A stretch of 63,306 nt of DNA, the filler included, from Octopus bimaculoides (taxonomy: Eukaryota): assembly GCF_001194135.2 (NCBI RefSeq). It is 4 parts of 4 records of this genome, joined end to end, with 100 filler letters (N's around TTAATTAATTAA, not from the genome) between each part and the next. Parts side by side here need not be neighbours in the genome. Positions count along the whole stretch, not along the records: positions 1 to 17,653 come from NC_068998.1; positions 17,754 to 44,891 come from NC_068982.1; 2 more parts are not named here. The stretch is one strand, 5' to 3'. Within the stretch, counting starts at the first letter, position 1, and the number at the start of each line of letters is the position of its first letter. A program made the position numbers and the translations under genes. Under the pieces are notes generated by a model, which was not told the DNA's origin, searched no databases, and saw only the letters and a list, made by a program, of their open reading frames with translations. Of the stretch, positions 11,913 to 25,141 are shown in pieces.

Positions 11913-12351
11913 TGTCTTGCAAATTACATGGTGACTCTGCCAATGCTGGTACCACATAGAAAACATCCAGTCCACACTGTGAAGTGATTGACATTTGGAG
12001 GGGCATCCAGCTGTAAAAATAACCTAACCACTTAGCCACATGGTCTTGGCCATTGGGCTTTTGTTTTGGATAAGCATTGGTACCATAGAGGAGAAGAGAG
12101 ATTTGCATACATGGGCTGGTCTTCTGCAAGATAATCTTGCCAAGGCCTCTGCTTTGTGGAAAAGAACTTTCTATGTGTAGAAACCTGTAGCTGTATTTAT
12201 CAGTGACTCATTCATCACTAATTCAGGATAAAGCACTATGCTCATTTGAGAACCATGTTATGCTTATCACAGATTGATCTGTGATAACATGGGCTGGAAA
12301 TCAATCAGACATAGCTCAGACTACATACCAAAAACTGACCTTTCTTTTCAG

Positions 12352-12401
12352 GGCCAGAAGATACTCCAACCCTCAATGGTTATTGATACCACAAAGCTCA
12401 G
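12352..12401 (+). CDS. Gene 1 internal exon (phase 0 to 2): GQKILQPSMVIDTTKL(S)
   Basis: Branch CTGAC plus TTTCTTTTCAG acceptor and AG|GTGAGA donor; phase-compatible with the exon at 15653. Confidence 0.7.
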
Positions 12402-12893
12402 GTGAGACACATAATGGAGTATTACTCACCTGTTTGAGATGGTGCTGCTGCCAAGGCCAGATTAAAACTTATAGAAGCCCTAAGCACTTGAAAGATTTTG
12501 GTGCCACATATATATGCAGCTCAAAATATGATCAATAATAACCATAAAATAAATTTTAATTTTTTCAAAATATGACATTAACATTAAGAAGGAAAATAAA
12601 CATTCTGTAATTAATATGTAGTACTGTCTGACATATCACAAGATACTCTCTACTGTACACTATCACAACTGTGACAACCCGACATAACAAATAATGTTTC
12701 TTTCTCATGACTGATAGACAGTCCTCTGGTGTGGAATCACAATAATAGTTGAAGAAAAACCACAGCTAACTGTAAACAGACCATCATTAACCCCTTTTCT
12801 CACCCCTGCCTCTACACAGCTCCACTAGCAATACCAGCAGCAGCATCTCATTTCACACCTTACCGTGTCAAGGAAGAATACATTGTTTTGACC

Positions 12894-13010
12894 GAGACTT
12901 TTGGTGGAGTGAAACCTTTGGCAGATTGAGACCATTGGCAGATTGAAACCTTTGGTGGATCGAGACCTTTGATGGATAGAGACCTTTGGAAGATAGCGAC
13001 CTTTGATGAT
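12894..13010 (+). repeat. 17-bp minisatellite, about 7 copies
   Basis: Consensus approximately GAGACCTTTGGYRGATW, head to tail with no spacers. Confidence 0.85.
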
Positions 13011-14615
13011 TTATTATGCTTGAAAAGACACATCAAGCTAAGTGAAGTCGTAGTCATGGAAATGCTGGTGATACATAAAAAGGACCTGTTCTGGTGATAC
13101 ATAAAAGGCATCCATGCCAGGGACATGTAAAAGGCGCTCACTGCACTTTGTGGAGTGGTTGGCATTAGCAAGGGCGCCCAGCCATAGAAACCAAGCCAAA
13201 ACAGACTGGAAGCTGGAGCAGCTCTCCGGCTTACCAGTTCCTGCCAAACTGTCCAACCCATGCCAGCATGGAAAACAGACACTAAATGATGATGATAATG
13301 ATGTTGATGGTGATGATGATGACATTAGACAATGTAATCCTAGATGCAAAAAAGGAGGAGGGTCACAGTTGCTTTGCTTTTACCTTCAACTTAGAAATGG
13401 AGAAAGACATAGTGCTGGGTATAAAGAATAAGCCATTTGGGGCTAGAAATGAAGTGGGAAAAATGTGAAATTCTTTGAGCAGACATGTGTTTTTATCAAA
13501 ATCTGTGATGAGCCCGATTAATGCTGATGACATGGNNNNNNNNNNNNNNNNNNNNNNNNNNNNNNNNNNNNNNNNNNNNNNNNNNNNNNNNNNNNNNNNN
13601 NNNNNNNNNNNNNNNNNNNNNNNNNNNNNNNNNNNNNNNNNNNNNNNNNNTATATATATATATATATATATATATATCATCATCATCATCATCATCATCG
13701 TTTAACGTCCGCTTTCCATGCTAGCATGGGTTGGACGATTTGACTGGGGACTGGTGAGCCAGATGGCTACACCAGACTCTAATCTGATTTGGCAGAGTTT
13801 CTACAGCTGGATGCCCTTCCTAATGCCAACCACTCCAAGAGTGTAGTGGGTGCTTTTTACGTGTCATAAAAGAGGTTTCCATACAGTTTCCGCTTACCAA
13901 TTTCACTCATAGAGTATTGGTCATCCCTTGGAGCTAGAGTAGAAAACACTCGTTCAAGGTGCCATGCAATGGCACTGAACCTGAAACCGCTGTAGTTTGC
14001 AAAGTGAGCTTCTTAACGACATAGACTTGCCTGCACCTAACGAAGTTAGAGGATGGTCATTGGCAGAATGCTTCTGATTGTAAAAGTCTCCTAAATGAGT
14101 ACTTGCCTGGGGCTAAACACCATCAACAAACACCAGCAGTTGTAGCTATGCCTTACAAGTTGTAGGCTACATGTTGTCTTGTAAGCAATTGTTTGTACAT
14201 ATATATATATATTCACATGACACTCTATGTGGAACCAATTGCCTTCACTACATTGATTTCAATTCCACTCAGTGTTTGAAATACTGAAGTATTTTAAACA
14301 CAGTGCTGCCCAAAGATAAGAAGCATTGTTTCGTAGCACTTCAAATGTGCAGCAGCTAGATGCAGTGGCAGTATCAAACTAGTGCAGTTAGTATTTTTTT
14401 GTTGTTGTTTTTTATTTTATTGTTTTGCTTTCACTTTTTATTTGTTATTTCTATTTTTTTTTATATGTTTTTATTTTTTTTTTAAATATCAGCTGCTACC
14501 AGCTGAAGAAGAAATTTGTCTTGCTCTGATAGCAATGCTGTTGGCTATCAATATCCTTCTGTCATCACTCCCTGCTACTTTGGTCTAAGGGGTGATGTGC
14601 TGCTGGTTCTGTTTG

Positions 14616-14652
<37 letters not shown>

Positions 14653-14858
14653 CGTGCGTGCGCACGCATATACACATATGCATTTATATATATATAACGC
14701 ACACATGCACACACGCGCACACACACACACACATGTAATATCAAATGTATATTATTGCAATATATAATATACAATATTATATATATATATATATATATGT
14801 GTGTATGTGTGTATATATATATGTATATATATATATATGTGTGTATATATATATGTAT

Positions 14859-14890
<32 letters not shown>

Positions 14891-15199
14891 GTGTGTATAT
14901 ATATATGTATATACATACATNNNNNNNNNNNNNNNNNNNNNNNNNNNNNNNNNNNNNNNNNNNNNNNNNNNNNNNNNNNNNNNNNNNNNNNNNNNNNNNN
15001 NNNNNNNNNNNNNNNNNNNNNNNNNNNNNNNNNNNNNNNNNNNNNNNNNNNNNNNNNNNNNNNNNNNNNNNNNNNNNNNNNNNNNNNNNNNNNNNNNNNN
15101 NNTATGTATATATGTATATATATGTACATATATATATAAGTAAATATATATATATATATATATATAGATATACATATATGTATATATAAAACACAAACC

Positions 15200-15540
15200 C
15201 CTTCAGATAGATGGCCCTGCTCGATCTGTAGAAAAGGTGTAAGTAGAAACTCTATAAGATGCACCCAGTGCAAGCTATGGACACATAAGAGGTGCAGCAA
15301 TATCAAAGGAAGGTAAACTAGGAAGTTTTTTTCTAACATAGCATAAGACTGTTATTGGGCGGTGGCTGCAGATTCACCATGGTTTCAAGGATTCTTTCCC
15401 ATTCAAGTTGCGAAGAAGCCGGATATTGTCATGTGACGTGGAGGAAAGAAAGCAGTAAATCTAATCAAAATACATAATTTACTAATATTACGTCCAACCC
15501 ATACTAGCATGGAAAGTGGACGTTAAATGATGATGATGAT
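15200..15540 (+). mobile_element. RTE-X-like LINE fragment with Cys/His finger and 3' tail
   Basis: Translates RWPCSICRKGV(S)RNSIRCTQCKLWTHKRCSNIKG, followed later by the GAT-repeat tail. Confidence 0.65.
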
Positions 15541-15652
15541 TTTCATAAATAATACATAATACTTTTTACTAACATGTTTATTAATTAACAAGAAAACTTT
15601 GATTATATTTAATTCAAGCTCCCTCAACATAACTCTCCCATGCTCATTTCAG

Positions 15653-16630
15653 CTTGTCAGCCCTTACAAAGCTTTTAGACATGGGTAAGATACTTCTACG
15701 CCGGCCACGTCTCTCAACTCGGACACCTTTAATAGTTTTTATGAAGAAACAAGCTGTAGAAACCAATGAGAAAGAATTGTCCATCTCTGGTGGGAAAAGC
15801 AGCAAACAGCATAACTTCTACAGTTCTGAAAGTGAAGCCGATGATAAAAAGCAAAGCCAACATTCAACCAAATCTACGTTCCAGTCTTCTGATAGCAGTT
15901 CTGGTGATAAAACGCAAAGCCCACCGTTGAACAAATCTCTTTCCCATCCTTCAGATAGTGATTGGGATGATAAAATACAAAACCATCTAGTACGCAGACT
16001 GCACCCATCACTTGCTTCTGGCAGCGAAACTGGTGATGATGTCCAATACCAACAAGTAGCCATAAAAGAAGCCAAATTAGTGCTAAATGAGTTTGTTGGC
16101 AACAACAAGAAAGAACTGAGAGAATACTCCAGTAGTGAAGCTAGCAATTCTAGACAGCTTCCTACTCCATGTTCTCGTAGATTAACATCAAAGAAATCTA
16201 CACTAGCAAAATTACATGAAGAAGAAAGTGAAATATTTGAAGCTGTTGCTCCTGGTGTGAACGCACTTATTTTACAAACATCAAAAATGTCACATGTACC
16301 AGTTGAAAAAGCGCAGTCTATTGTCTATTCTAGAAAAACTTATACAGAAATTACCCAGCTCCTAGCTGAGAAATTCATGACCAATTCTTTATATCGGGAT
16401 AAACTTAAAACTATTCGAATCCCAACTGAAGATCTTGGTGAATATCGCAGACGTGTACCACAGAGACAGCTGATTATTGAAGTAGCGGCAATTCTTAAAG
16501 AGCACATTAAAGAAACTATGAATATAAATGTTCAGACTGTTATTCAATCGGTGCCTAAATACCAGTTTAGTTCAAAGGGCAAACCATCAACTGAAATTGT
16601 CCTTTATCGTCAGGCTGAAAATGAAGCAAA
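15653..16630 (+). CDS. Gene 1 large internal exon (about 326 codons), unidentified protein with Ser-rich linker and predicted folded C-terminal part
   Basis: Longest non-repetitive ORF in the window; acceptor CTCATTTCAG (15651-52); donor AA|GTATGT at 16631; the ORF then runs into T-rich intronic sequence. Confidence 0.8.
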
Positions 16631-17615
16631 GTATGTAGGTTTATTTATTTTCTTTTCTTTTGTTTTTTTTTCTTTTTTGCACTAGAGAATCCAGAGGTGG
16701 TGTGTTATAACTTCTATGATGCAACTACACAATCTGTTGCCATGATAATTTAGCCGAACGAAGTGCAATCAAAGTCTTTCTGGCCAATGACATTCCATCT
16801 ATTTGTTTAGTTAGGACTACATTGTTTCATGTGTCCTTCTTTTTCTTTTTAAAGATGGTTAAGTGTGGTTTGAGAGTGCTTTGGTTGGTGTTTCTTTGAG
16901 TGGACTATAAAGATTGTATTTGGGAGTCTGTAAGTTCCGCTGTTAAAAGCTTGCTTCCCAGAAATGTGGTTTTGAGTTGGCACTTTGGATAAGTGTTTTC
17001 TATTATAAACCCTGGGCCAACCTATGGCTTATGAGGGGATTTGGTAGATGAAAACTGAAACAAGCCTGTCATATGTATATATATATATATATNNNNNNNN
17101 NNATAATAGTGTTTCTATTTAGTAGATCAGTGATCAGTGACTGTGTGTCACTTTGAAAATTATAAATTTTCAAATGGGAATTCAGCAGCACCATCTGGTC
17201 AAGCAGCTACTCTGTGCTGATAAAGGGCAATAACCCAGTAATCAGTCCACAGATGTTGCTTTGTGCTGGATGGGGGTGCTTAACTCCTCTGTTTGAAAAT
17301 ATAAGGACACAGATAGTATGTTGTATAGCCAGCTGGAAATGATGTTTCCTGGGGCTAAACAACAGTAACATTCATCCCATCCAGGACTGTCAAATTATGT
17401 TGGCAAATAATCTTTACTTTATATATGTATAATATATATATTAGAGGAAAAAGGATATCAAAACCAAGAAAGGACAAGTGCCTCAAGTCATTTAGAATAT
17501 TTAATTAGAGTAAGATGAATTTGAAGCAATTAATTAATTAGTTAATTAATCAATTAATTAATTATTGGATGTCTTACAGCTGTTTCTGGGATATCGCTAG
17601 TGATATGTATGTATA

Positions 17616-17653
<38 letters not shown>

Positions 17654-17753
17654 NNNNNNNNNNNNNNNNNNNNNNNNNNNNNNNNNNNNNNNNNNNNTTA
17701 ATTAATTAANNNNNNNNNNNNNNNNNNNNNNNNNNNNNNNNNNNNNNNNNNNN
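17654..17753. other. Artificial assembly linker N44-TTAATTAATTAA-N44
   Basis: Identical 100-bp construct at 44892-44991 and 61178-61277; the 12-mer has stops in all six frames. Confidence 0.9.
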
Positions 17754-17835
17754 ATGAAGTAAACACTACTGATGAAACAGTAATGACAGATCAAGCTGCT
17801 CAAGTTGCAGCTCAGTCGTTCTGCAGAGATTTAAA
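17754..17835 (+). CDS. Candidate exon, 5' end lost in gap: EVNTTDETVMTDQAAQVAAQSFCRDL(K)
   Basis: Complex, protein-like frame ending at AA|GTATAG donor (phase 2). Confidence 0.4.
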
Positions 17836-17914
17836 GTATAGGTTATATTTGTACAGCAGGACTATGTGTATGTTTTTAATAGATGGTTACATGAAACTTA
17901 CACGCAGAGAAAGT

Positions 17915-17966
<52 letters not shown>

Positions 17967-18050
17967 AACAAACAAACACACACACACACACATATTACAT
18001 ACATACGCAGACACACACAAATAGTTAAATAGATAGATAGACAGACAGAC

Positions 18051-18117
<67 letters not shown>

Positions 18118-18639
18118 GAAAGAGAGAGGAAAAAAAGAGAAAGAAAAAGAGAGATAAAGTGATAAATATTAAGCGAACTAACTGAAAATGCACTTGGAAT
18201 CTCTAAGATATATTTACATTTACTGATGCTTCTTTAAGTAAATGGAAATACAGTTTATTCAACACACAAAGTACGTTTTCAATTTGTTTTGCACATCGTT
18301 CTATACATTATACGTGTCTGTCTATCTATCTATGTCTATTTATCATCTCGCTAACTCACGATATAAGTAAATTCCAACAAATTTGGATTTTATCATCATC
18401 ATCATCATCATTACCTTCATCATCGTCACACTCAACATCATCATCGCCATCATCCTTATCTAATGATACCTCTCAGCTTATTTTGCTGGGTATGATGGAA
18501 AGTGTCAGCTGTCCACAGCCAGCAGACTAAGGTGACGCTTGTTTACTGATAATGCTTCAAGAACCCTGCGAGAAATTCTTGCAGTTCCAAGCAATGCTGA
18601 TTTTTGTAGGTGTTCTATCTTTACATTTGTACCAATCTT

Positions 18640-19100
18640 TTTGAAACATGTTGATGACGAACTCAATGTTAGAATTCCTAAGGCTACAAATACAGTTGGA
18701 AAACTCTTCTATCGTTTCTGGGATGAACACAGTGTCAGTCTGAAAATTAAAACATCTTGTATTTTGAGTACACTTTTGTATGGGGCAGAAGCATAACCTC
18801 CTTATTACAGACATATAAGCTAACTTGAAATCTTTCACATGTGTTGTCAACGCAATATCTGCTACATAAGATGGCATGATAAGATATCAAATATCAAAAT
18901 CGTAGAAAAATGTATGACCAGCAAGTAGAGAGATACCGCGGTAAAGGAAGACACATCCTTAGTCTTAAGGATAAGTTCAAGGAATCACTAAAGTCTCTAC
19001 AACTGAACTTAGCATTTTGGGAAAGTTATTGCCAAACTCGAACTGCATGGCGTTAAATTTGTCATGATGCATCAAAACAATTTAAGTTGAAGAAACAACA
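18640..19100 (+). mobile_element. RTE (BovB-like) LINE RT C-terminal fragment
   Basis: Translates VDDELNVRIPKATNTVGKLFYRFWDEHSVSLKIK..ILSTLLYGAEA*..LEIFHMCCQRNICYIRWHDKISN. Confidence 0.75.
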
Positions 19101-19361
19101 ATAAAAGAATTGTATCCTGCAATCAGCAGACACATATGACTAATCCCAGGCAAAATCAAGATCATCAGTGTCCCCATTGTGACTTCATAGCAAAATTCAT
19201 TCCTGGGCTCAAATTTTATTCACGCATTCATCGCAAATAGATGCAGCTTCTCGTGTTCTTTTTTTTAAAGTTGTTTCATCTTTTTTCTCTCTTTTTGTTT
19301 TTCTTTATATCTTTAAATCCTCTCCATGAAGCACTCATACGTCGAAACCGACGGAAGAGAC

Positions 19362-19393
<32 letters not shown>

Positions 19394-22300
19394 CCAATAT
19401 TACATTCAGAGTTCAAATTCACTGAGACTGCCCTTGCCTTTTAACCTTTCGGGGTCGTTGAAATAAATGACAGTTGATCACTAGAGTTGATGCAACCGAA
19501 TAGCCCCCTATCTCCGAATTCCAGGCCTTGTGCATATAGTAGAAAGTATTATTATTATAATTATTATCATTGTTATTATTATTATCATTATTCCTATCAT
19601 CATTATCATTATCATTAATCTGTTGCTGTTATTGCGATTGATACTGCTACTGTTGTTGTTGTTGCTGTCGTTGCTGTTGTTGGTGGCTGTGGTGCTGCAG
19701 GTGGGGATGATGTTGCTGATGGTGGTACTGAAAGTATTATTATTGTTGTTGTTGCTGTTATTGTATACATTATTGTTTTCACTTCTATAATTATCGGTGT
19801 GCTTTTGATGCTGTTATTCTTCTTGATAATATCAGTGGGACCAGATCAGTAGTGTATTTACCTGTATTTTATTACGTTGAGTAGCATCCATGTCCTGACA
19901 TCAATTAAATTAATTTATCTCATCCATTATCATTAACCTTACATGTGACCTTTTCTCTATGTTAGAAAACTATCATAGTTCATCTTCCGAGTAAATATTA
20001 TGCATATTTAAGAAATCCAGTCCAGTACGTTCAAGGTTAACAAATATGTTGACGGTTATAAATAAAAGTTTTCAAGTTTAATAAGTATGTCTAATATTAC
20101 CGACAACTTTGAAAAATAGACAAAATCTTCGATTATGATTAACAGTTTATTGTTGGAATCGAAAATAATAAATAGAGTAAAAGTTCTGAGATCAGTTCGA
20201 TGCTTTGTAAAATCCTGAGATCGATTGATCGATTCACAAATTATTCATGCACCTCATAAAATGTAAATCAACATGGGAATTACTTGAAACAAATTTCAGT
20301 TAGTTAACAGGTTTTCCAGGGAGTGAATCCCGTTGTGTGGTTGACGTCACTTTACTGATGCTATCAGCATTTACGTTTTCAGAAACGACGGGATTTCATC
20401 TATGTGGCCAATTGACTTAATTGAGTAAGCAGTAAAAATTATTTTCAAATTTCATTCTATCCTCTTTAAAAAGGCATGTGCTAATGTGGACCTGGTAGCA
20501 CTATGACAACTGAAACTGTATAGTCTATGTGAAAAGGCTTTTTATTATATCAGCTCAATCAAAGCTAACCTGAGTCGAAACATCAATGTCAATAGAAATA
20601 TCATGAATGTCAATAACACCCCATTTCGTTCTACTAAAAATATTAAAACTCATACCTAATAAAATGAATCTATTATTTTCTGAGGAAACACCAATTAAAA
20701 TAGTTGCATCAATGAAACACTGATTGAAATGCTTTCTGTGTATAGTAAATGCTCTCAAATTCCAACGGGATTTTTGAAATATCTAAATTGTGTACAAGCG
20801 ACAAGTTAGATTACGCAATTCACGCTGATAAATAACTTGTCAGATGTACTTGTTGCTTACAACATTGATGTACCACATGAAATATCATTCTACAACTATA
20901 GAAGCTTGTCTAAAAAAATTTAAATACGTTTTTCATTCATGGAGTGTAGCATTAATTACATGATATGATATACTGACATTTCAGTTGTTAAGTCACTTTT
21001 AACCCTTCTATGGTAATCAGTCTCGTGCGTAACCATAAGAAATAATAGTAGAATTAATATGAATTTTCATTGAACTGCGGTAATGTAATTGCGGTAGTGA
21101 TTTGAAAGACAGACTAAATATTCTACACTATTTATTGCCACATTTCATTAACTTCACATACCATCGACTTACACATTACGTTTCATCTCAAAGAAATCAA
21201 TAAACTAAGTACTATTAATATGCAGATATCGAGTTAACGATTCTATTCACTTTCTTTAGAAACATATATTTCCATTGTCAAAAGCAAAACAATATTTGGT
21301 GACAGACATTTGGAAATTACAGAAAAGAAAGAGCGAAATATTGCCTTGTCTATTAGTCTATTGCTGTTTACTAGCGCATTATTTAAGTTTGCTTGAAAAG
21401 AATTCTCCTTTTTAAAATATAGTTTATTAAGTTCAAGTTAATCATCCGTTTTATAGTTCGTATAAAAACCGCTAATCGTTTTCTTTAAATTCACGCAAGG
21501 TAATTAGATGCGTACTAGTCACTTTTAATCTAAAGAAAAATTCTAATCAAAACAGAATCAAACAACACAGCTGTTGTATAAATGCTATGATTCATAGACT
21601 CTCAAAACCTCGAACACAAATGTGGATCTGAATTGAGTCCTCCCTATCACATGTAATTTCTCCGAGAAGTGAACAGTAAATTAAGGGTTCAATTTCAATC
21701 AATAACACGTGTCTTGAAATAATTCCAAGTATTGTTTACCTTCAACCCAATTTTGTAATTATAATTTCATAAGAAGATAAATATTAATAAATTATAAACA
21801 TACTCAAGTTAAACTATAAACGTTATACGGAATACAACTATTTCATGAAGTTAGGGGACAAGTGACAGTAGCTTTCCATTAAACATTTACGTATCCTTCT
21901 TATCTTAAAAAGGCCATTTGTTTATTTTTATTATAGCTGTATGATCCTGTATGGGGTCAATTCTTTGATTGTAGTTTCATATCTATGAAGGACTAGATTT
22001 TGGAATCTGTCATGTGAATGAAATATTCGCTGACAATGAAAATTTAGTATTGGCATTTTATACAGACTTATATTCCCCTTTCTCTCTCTCTCCCTCTTCT
22101 TTTCTCCCTTCTCTCTCTCTCTCTCTCTCTCGCTGCATATATATGTATGTCAGTATGTGTATAACAGACACACACACACATATACACAATGGACTCACAC
22201 ATTTATACATATAACATCACTCCCACATACTCCTCATCTGAACATATCGAAGTAACTAATTTATTTATTTATCTATTTATATATCTATTTATTTATTTCC

Positions 22301-22889
22301 GGAAACCAGCCATTACACTTTTTTGATAAATTTGCAAAGCTTACAAGTCAAGGTTAGAATAAGTTGACAATTATGCCAACATCAAACAATACAGAATGAA
22401 GACAAAGACAGGCGGGCGAATGAGAATATCCAGTTTCATATTCTCAGTAGGAATGTCTAATTTTATATGATAAAGAAAGATGAGCCAAGAGGAATAACTC
22501 AGAGTTGCCAGAAGCATATATCAACAATATAGACTAACGCAGGTTATCAAATAACATACAACAGAAATGATTGATTAATTAAAATTACCTCCGCCTCTGA
22601 AGGATGTGTAATAACATCCGAATAACAACTGAGATCAGCTCCATATAGAAGGGGAATAATCTTCAGAACCACCAATTCTCCAAAGTTGATATGTCATTAA
22701 AAAAAGGACAGATTTATTGTCTGGAGATAAAAGGAGAGTCGTGGACACATGTTACTACCTTAATAGGAAATATCAGCCCAACAATTATCCTACCTTATAT
22801 CCAGTAACTAAAGAACTTAGACACGAAAAAAATAAAATACATTTATGGCCCAGGTAATTTGCATAAAGGAAACAAAACAAAATGAGCCA

Positions 22890-22930
22890 CATGCTGATGA
22901 CACCTTTTTGAGGTAGAAACACGTGTATAA
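22890..22930 (+). ncRNA. Degenerate minimal type I hammerhead motif
   Basis: CTGATGA 22894-22900; ACCT/AGGT helix II; GAAA; perfect palindrome ACACGTGT; A17. Helix I weak and 10.1-11.1 is a C-A mismatch. Confidence 0.45.
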
Positions 22931-23753
22931 ACGCCAGACACTCCTTTTTCTTAATGGTACATCAGCTTTGGGGGTAATTCTTTATTCTTGATATTATGTC
23001 TCCTTCTCACATGGACCTGGTTTTAATTGCCATTTGGTAGTTATGACATATTCTCTAGGGCGGAGATAATTTTAACAAATCAAGCTTAATTTTACTTACA
23101 TAGTTAATGTTATTCCGAATTTATGGATGTCACAACATCACAACTTGCTCTTTCTAAAACATATATTACACATCAGGTCGACAAAGATTTATTTCATGAG
23201 CATATGATGTAAGTACTACAGGCCATATAGATATCCCGTTTCATAAATTTTTCCTTTACAACCTTCAAGTTGTTTTTTTAATAGCATTTGAAAATGTTGC
23301 TATAGCTTTCAACGTCTGCATTCATTAAATTCTTTCAAGAAATAAAAAAGATACATTTCTAAGAAAATTTGTTGTTTCTGTGAATTATGCACTTTCGTAT
23401 GTCATAAATTTTGTTGATTTAAGACAGTTTATATTGGTACCTTTGTCTGTTTATATGTTGTTACTTTTAAGCTGAATGTTATTATATATTTTATGTATTG
23501 ATCATGATTAGACGGATTTTTATGATGTAAGCTGTACTCAGCCAAATTATGTCAGTATTGACTTCGAATCATTTTTCTTTACTTACTTACGTTAAGCAAT
23601 ATTGACATCAGCTTCCCATTCTAAACAAATCATCTTTGATGATATTTGTTAAGTCAAAGTAACACTAATCCGTACAATTACAAACATCTTCGTACATACA
23701 TAAACACAAACACACATTCACAAATCACATACGCACGTGTGTGTGCATGTATG

Positions 23754-23796
<43 letters not shown>

Positions 23797-23897
23797 NNNN
23801 NNNNNNNNNNNNNNNNNNNNNNNNNNNNNNNNNNNNNNNNNNNNNNNNNNNNNNNNNNNNNNNNNNNNNNNNNNNNNNNNNNNNNNNNNNNNNNNNN

Positions 23898-23949
<52 letters not shown>

Positions 23950-24442
23950 TTCTTCACAAGACAAAGTTTATCAAAACACGATTTTCAGAAAGTAAATAAA
24001 TATAATGAGCGTTCTGAAAACAATGTGTGTCTGTGTAAAGGATATAGATGTTAAAGGAGGAATCCTGAATATAGCCTACAAGCATGATGCGTGTATTCAT
24101 GAACATGTTCGCATGCCTGTGCCTATACACACACAAACACACACACATACACACACATATATACATATAAATATATTTAGATAATAATAAGGGTGATAAA
24201 TTGGATATTAATGTAATTAACACCAATTTAAAACCAGTGGCCTAGCATAAAGAAAATTCTGAAAATTCTGAAAAATTATATTACATACATGTGAGAAAGG
24301 GTTAAGCACTAAATGGACATCCTTTACGCTAGAAATCGACTATCAACTGTCAAACCACAAAAGAAAAGAATGTTCTTCAGAGAAATTCAACACACACTAG
24401 ATCATGAACAAGACAAATGAAAATATACAAAAATAGGAATTA

Positions 24443-24521
24443 GTCGTAGACCAGGTTTCGCGCATTAATGGATTAATGTAATTGTTACTTACATAACCCA
24501 TCCGATGCTCATCAGTATGAC
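24443..24521 (-). ncRNA. Type I hammerhead ribozyme
   Basis: Minus strand: GTCATA CTGATGA GCAT..ATGG..ATGTAA/TTACAT..CCAT..ATGCGC GAAA CCTGG TC TACGAC; one A-C mismatch in helix I. Confidence 0.75.
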
Positions 24522-25062
24522 CGTTCGGTACAATATAATTTGCAAAACAATACACGGATTGTCCACATAAAATTAGACATGTGTACAGTTCTACCGATTA
24601 CATTGGAGTTATTTTTGTATATTTTCATTTGTCTTGTTCATGCTCTGCTGTGTGCTGAATTTCCCTGGAGAACATTATTTTCTTTTGTGGTTTGACCGTT
24701 GATGGTTGATTTCTAGCGTAAAGGATGTCCACTTAGTGGTCATCCCTTCTCACATGTATGTAATATAATTTTTTCTGAATTTTCAGAAATTTTTTTATGC
24801 TAGGCCACTGGTTTTAAATTGGTGTTAATTAAACTAATATCCAATTTATCACCTTTATTATTATTTAAATTTTAATAATTATGTTCTCTAGCCGGCAACG
24901 GTTACTGCAGTGAATTATCTTCTGCGGAATTGTTTCCGGTATTTAACGCGCCAGCGCTGAGACTTTTGAAAATAACTCCAATGTAATCGGTAGAGCTGTA
25001 CACATGTCTAATTTTATGTGGACAATTCGTGTATTGTTCTGCAAATTATATTGTATCGAACG

Positions 25063-25141
25063 GTCGTACTGATGAACATCGGATGGGTTATGTAAGTAAA
25101 AATTACATTAATCCATTAATGCGCGAAACCTGGTCTACGAC
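25063..25141 (+). ncRNA. Type I hammerhead ribozyme
   Basis: Helix I GTCGTA/TACGAC perfect; CTGATGA 25069-75; GAAA 25125-28; helix III ACCTGGT; GTC site, cleavage predicted after C25135; position 10.1 is A instead of G. Confidence 0.75.

Noticed and set aside
12894-13010. 17-bp repeat array as CRISPR
   Set aside because: Head-to-tail degenerate units with no spacers and no cas genes, in eukaryotic context.
14491-14586. Exon of gene 1
   Set aside because: Good acceptor, but all frames reach stops and no clear donor; 12401 already splices in phase to 15653.
20324-20398. Hairpin as a pre-miRNA
   Set aside because: Only about 13 bp of imperfect outer pairing with a poorly paired interior.
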